A stretch of 64,000 nucleotides of DNA from Hyaloraphidium curvatum SAG 235-1 (taxonomy: Eukaryota; Fungi; Monoblepharomycota): contig JAIVFI010000021.1 in assembly GCA_025558095.1 (NCBI GenBank), positions 310,001 to 374,000 of the forward strand, in the 5' to 3' direction. Both the position numbers and the translations under genes were made by a program. Positions 60,909-64,000 of the stretch are shown here, one piece after another. A model generated the notes under the pieces. The model did not search any database. It had not been told where the DNA came from and saw only the letters and a program-made list of their open reading frames with translations. Each line of letters opens with the position of its first letter. Position 1 is the first letter of the stretch.

Positions 60909-61658
60909 CTAGGCCAGCCCAGCTCAAATCTCGGTGAGTCCTGACTCGTGTGTGGCAAGTACCCAAGCTTTGGTCCAAGCAATCACACGCCAAGATACTC
61001 GGCGTTCCACGCGAAAGGTCCCTAGGCCTTTCTCGGAAGGACGTTTGCCGATAAACACACCTACCGGAGCAGGTGCCCGGGCCGACCACGAACTCGTTGC
61101 GCGCCGAAAGAACTCTTGGCACACCTCTCCCTACCCTTGTTGACGCCAATCGAGTACTTACCTAGCCGTCGAAAGTTGAGAGCGGGTTCCCCGCGAGCAG
61201 TGTTGACGAGCAAACAGAGGTTGCAGGGGAGGAGGGAGCGGCAGGTCGGTGAGCGACGTCTCAAGGGGTTCGATAGCCTAGATCGTCCAACAGGGGCCGT
61301 CCCATCTCAGCTGCACCAGCCCGATCCCCGAGTCTATACGCCAGGCGCTCTTGGCTGCCAAGGGGCCAGAAGTATTGTTCGATCGGAAATTTGTGGGCCA
61401 CTACCCTTTCCCGCACATCCGGACAGTAAGTTGTGGTACATACCATGATGTGGTAGACGATTGTTCCTGGACCCCTCGAGAGAAACACTGTTGGATCCGT
61501 AAAGCCTAGGTGGCCATAGGACCTGGCAACGGAGGCGAGACAGCGGCGCGGGCTGTACAGTGATCGCGGTGTGAAGTGTGTGAGCCTCGCGGTTACAGCC
61601 GTTGAGCGCGGGGCGCACGAACAAGTCGTCTTGGCCCCCATTCCCCGGCTGATAACTG

Positions 61659-63215
61659 ATGACCGCCGCGCTCCGGCGGACTGTCTTGCCCCTGAGTGTT
61701 CTCGCAATCTCTTTGTGGAGCCTTGTGACCGCCTGGAGCATCCTCGGAGTTCGTCCCCGTCAACTTCGTCCCGCGACGGCCCCGAAAGATGGAGCCGGGG
61801 ACGCCGATGGACCTTCCTGGGATCCACTCTGGAGCGGTTCCGACTCTGGCAACTCCCCGGACCCGACATGGAGCGAGGCTGACACCGCGGAATACTCGAG
61901 CCTGCTTCGGCGGCTCGGGAACGGGACGTTGTCTTTCTCATCGAACGAGCCCGAGTTGGACTGGCGGTCTTGGATCGCCGCAACAGGATGGAACGGGTCG
62001 GCGGGAGCCTTGCAGCAGCACGCGTGCGACGGGTCCAATTTCGCGGACGGACGGCTCGCGGACTACCAGTTCGGATCGTGGGCCAACTTCCGGACTGCGC
62101 CGAAACGCCTCAGGCAGCAGCTGTTTCGGTCTACCTTGGTAGACAACGTCGACCTGGAAATCTTTCGCGTCGTGAACGGCTCGCTCTCGGTAAAGAACTG
62201 CCACGTCGATTCGGGGTGCCTGCGCGGCCTCAACGGCGGGCGACTCTACCTACCCCTGCTGCAATTCATCCTGGACACCGCACGGCACGCAGGTGTACGG
62301 CTGCCGGACGTCCGCATCATGTTCTTCAGCACCGACGGGGTCGGTAGCGTCGGCCAGACGCACCCCATCGCCACTGCCTCCAAAGTGCAGGGAAGCAAGT
62401 TCCTCCTGTTCCCCAACTGGGAGCACGCGGAAAAGCTCCTGAAGGCGCGCGATCGGAACGCGTGGGTAGCGACTTCGGCGTGGGAGGAGCGTGCCCCGGT
62501 GGCGGTCTTTCGCGGAGGGTTGACGGGGCACGATTTTGGGCCCGCGGGGTTCGTCCCCCTGCAGCAAATACGAGTCAGCGTGGTGCGACAAGGCGCGCTG
62601 TATCCGGATCTGATCGACGCCGCGTGCGACTGGAACTCCCCCGGGCTGCCGGCCAGGGGCTTTACGCCGGAGATGAGGGCCAACATCCTTGACAAGTACT
62701 GCAAAAACGGCACTTTTCTATCCATGCAGGATGCCGCGAACCGCTACAGGTTCCAGGTGAGCACGGACGGATTCGGCGCCGCCTTCCGGACCTTTGCCGT
62801 CCTCTCCTCCGGCGCTGTTCCCATGCTGCCGCGGGACGGGGCCTTCAGCGAGCACTACTACCCTCTGTTGAAGCCGTGGGTGCACTACGTGCCCACAGAG
62901 TCTTTCCGGCTGCACGAGGCCGTGTCGTTCCTCAGATTGCACGACGGGCTCGCCCGGCGGATCGCAAAGGCCGCCCTGGCCTTTTCGCTGAGCAACCTGA
63001 CGCTCAAGGGCACGTTCTGCTACGTCCTCCAGATCTGGATGAGGCTGGCCGAGCTCCAGGAGGGCCTGGACTGGGAGGCCATCGAGCTCGAGTTCGCGGC
63101 GGAGATGCAAGACCGCCGCTGGCCTCCCATGGCGAACGCGACCGCGGATACCGGAGGCGCCGATGCGCGCGCCTTTGTGCCGTACTCTGTGTGGAAGCAG
63201 ATCATGAAGGAATAG
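61659..63215 (+). CDS. Glycosyltransferase family 90 (CAP10/POGLUT-like xylosyl/glucosyltransferase) with N-terminal anchor, intronless
   Basis: LPDV, WEERAPVAVFRGGLTG, YRFQVSTDG..FR..LSSG, EHYYPLLKPWVHYVP, LRLHDGLARRIA; TM VLPLSVLAISLWSLVTAWSIL. Confidence 0.88.
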   Translation: MTAALRRTVLPLSVLAISLWSLVTAWSILGVRPRQLRPATAPKDGAGDADGPSWDPLWSGSDSGNSPDPTWSEADTAEYSSLLRRLGNGTLSFSSNEPELDWRSWIAATGWNGSAGALQQHACDGSNFADGRLADYQFGSWANFRTAPKRLRQQLFRSTLVDNVDLEIFRVVNGSLSVKNCHVDSGCLRGLNGGRLYLPLLQFILDTARHAGVRLPDVRIMFFSTDGVGSVGQTHPIATASKVQGSKFLLFPNWEHAEKLLKARDRNAWVATSAWEERAPVAVFRGGLTGHDFGPAGFVPLQQIRVSVVRQGALYPDLIDAACDWNSPGLPARGFTPEMRANILDKYCKNGTFLSMQDAANRYRFQVSTDGFGAAFRTFAVLSSGAVPMLPRDGAFSEHYYPLLKPWVHYVPTESFRLHEAVSFLRLHDGLARRIAKAALAFSLSNLTLKGTFCYVLQIWMRLAELQEGLDWEAIELEFAAEMQDRRWPPMANATADTGGADARAFVPYSVWKQIMKE

Positions 63216-63345
63216 ACTCCGTCCCCTCGGGACCGCACGGCTCGCGCATTCCCCCCCCCCAAAGAGGCATCGCAACTGTATTTACAATCGTGGGTATCGG
63301 GACATCGAAGCAACTCCGCCCAAGCAAACCAGCACCGCACCGCCT

Positions 63346-64000
63346 TCACTGCACCGGCGTCTGCGGATAGGGCGACGTCGACAGCCCCGAGAGGGGCCAC
63401 GTCGGCGTCGCTGGCGGCGACATGATCGCCGAAGAACCCCGCGAAAGGGAGCTCTTGCTGCTGTACGACGACGAGGTCCGGGAAAGCGAGGCCATCGAGC
63501 CGTTGGGCGGCCGGTCGCCCGGCGACAGCCACGGGTGCTGCCAGATGGCCTGGGACGTCAGCCTCCGCGAGGGATTGGGGGCCAGGATCTTGCGCACGAG
63601 ATCGCGCGCGGCTTCCGAGATCCTGGCCGGCTCCCTGGGGGGCGTCTGCTGCGGGGCCGCGGGGTCACCCGGGTCCGTCAGGGACCTCGCCAGCAGCCGC
63701 GGCGGCCGCTCGTCGGGGAAACGAAAGTCCGCGCGGCAGATTTTGGAGTAGAGCGACTTTGGCTTCTGGTTTGGGAGCAGCTGGAAAGGCAGCTGCCCGG
63801 TGAGGATGGCGAAACTGGGAAGCGGGGTCGGGATTGTGAGCGAAAGGGCTGCCGCGAAAGGTCGTCCGACCCACAGGATGACGCCGCACGCCCAGATGTC
63901 GACGCCGCGGGGATCGTACTCCTGTCCGAGGATCATTTCCGGTGCCGCGTACTCTTCGGACCCGCATCGCGTCGTCAGCCGCACGCCGGGCTCGAAGAAC
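63346..64000 (-). CDS. 3' part of a CAMK-group Ser/Thr kinase (Prr1-like); 5' end outside the window
   Basis: LTTRCGSEEYAAPEMILGQEYD..DIWACGVIL|FAILTGQLPF..ARDLVRKIL..PSRR..HPWL. Confidence 0.85.
   Translation of the reverse strand, partial: FFEPGVRLTTRCGSEEYAAPEMILGQEYDPRGVDIWACGVILWVGRPFAAALSLTIPTPLPSFAILTGQLPFQLLPNQKPKSLYSKICRADFRFPDERPPRLLARSLTDPGDPAAPQQTPPREPARISEAARDLVRKILAPNPSRRLTSQAIWQHPWLSPGDRPPNGSMASLSRTSSSYSSKSSLSRGSSAIMSPPATPTWPLSGLSTSPYPQTPVQ

Overview
This is gene-dense eukaryotic DNA: GC-rich, with many short (mostly ~50-80 nt) GT-AG introns and very short intergenic gaps. The gene set is fungal. The intron style, GC level and TKL-type kinase suggest an early-diverging (chytrid/monoblepharid-like) fungus, which is an inference only. 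Positions 1-51.5 kb hold mostly intron-rich housekeeping genes: ROM2-like RhoGEF end, RFC2, eIF3j, GRAM-TBC GAP, TAF5, CWC22, SSL2/XPB, RSM19, ZFC3H1/Red1-like, PAT1, pyruvate kinase, a FYR/Myb/U-box protein, CTI6, PNP, a TPR protein, DCAF11, NOSIP, a RanBD protein, PFA3, RPS18, ARG2, RPL39, RPL19, a UPF0052 protein and a PCL cyclin. Two accessory regions stand out. (1) At 34.5-38.8 kb, a ~570-600 bp direct duplication of the DCAF11/NOSIP 3' ends flanks an AT-richer insert. The insert encodes a receptor-like kinase with a bacterial-style 7-repeat RCC1/BLIP-II ectodomain. (2) At 52.3-63.2 kb, seven consecutive, largely intronless genes all encode glycan-building or glycan-decorating enzymes: 3 methyltransferases, 3 glycosyltransferases and 1 SGNH O-acyl enzyme, six with an N-terminal membrane anchor. 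This is a candidate undescribed eukaryotic polysaccharide biosynthesis gene cluster. Also found: a spliced 58-aa microprotein gene missed by the ORF track, a K-turn/box C/D-like element in an oversized pyruvate kinase intron, and a repeated ~100-bp head-to-head gene spacing. No rRNA, tRNA, CRISPR or transposase was recognised. Gene models were read by eye and exon boundaries are not transcript-verified.
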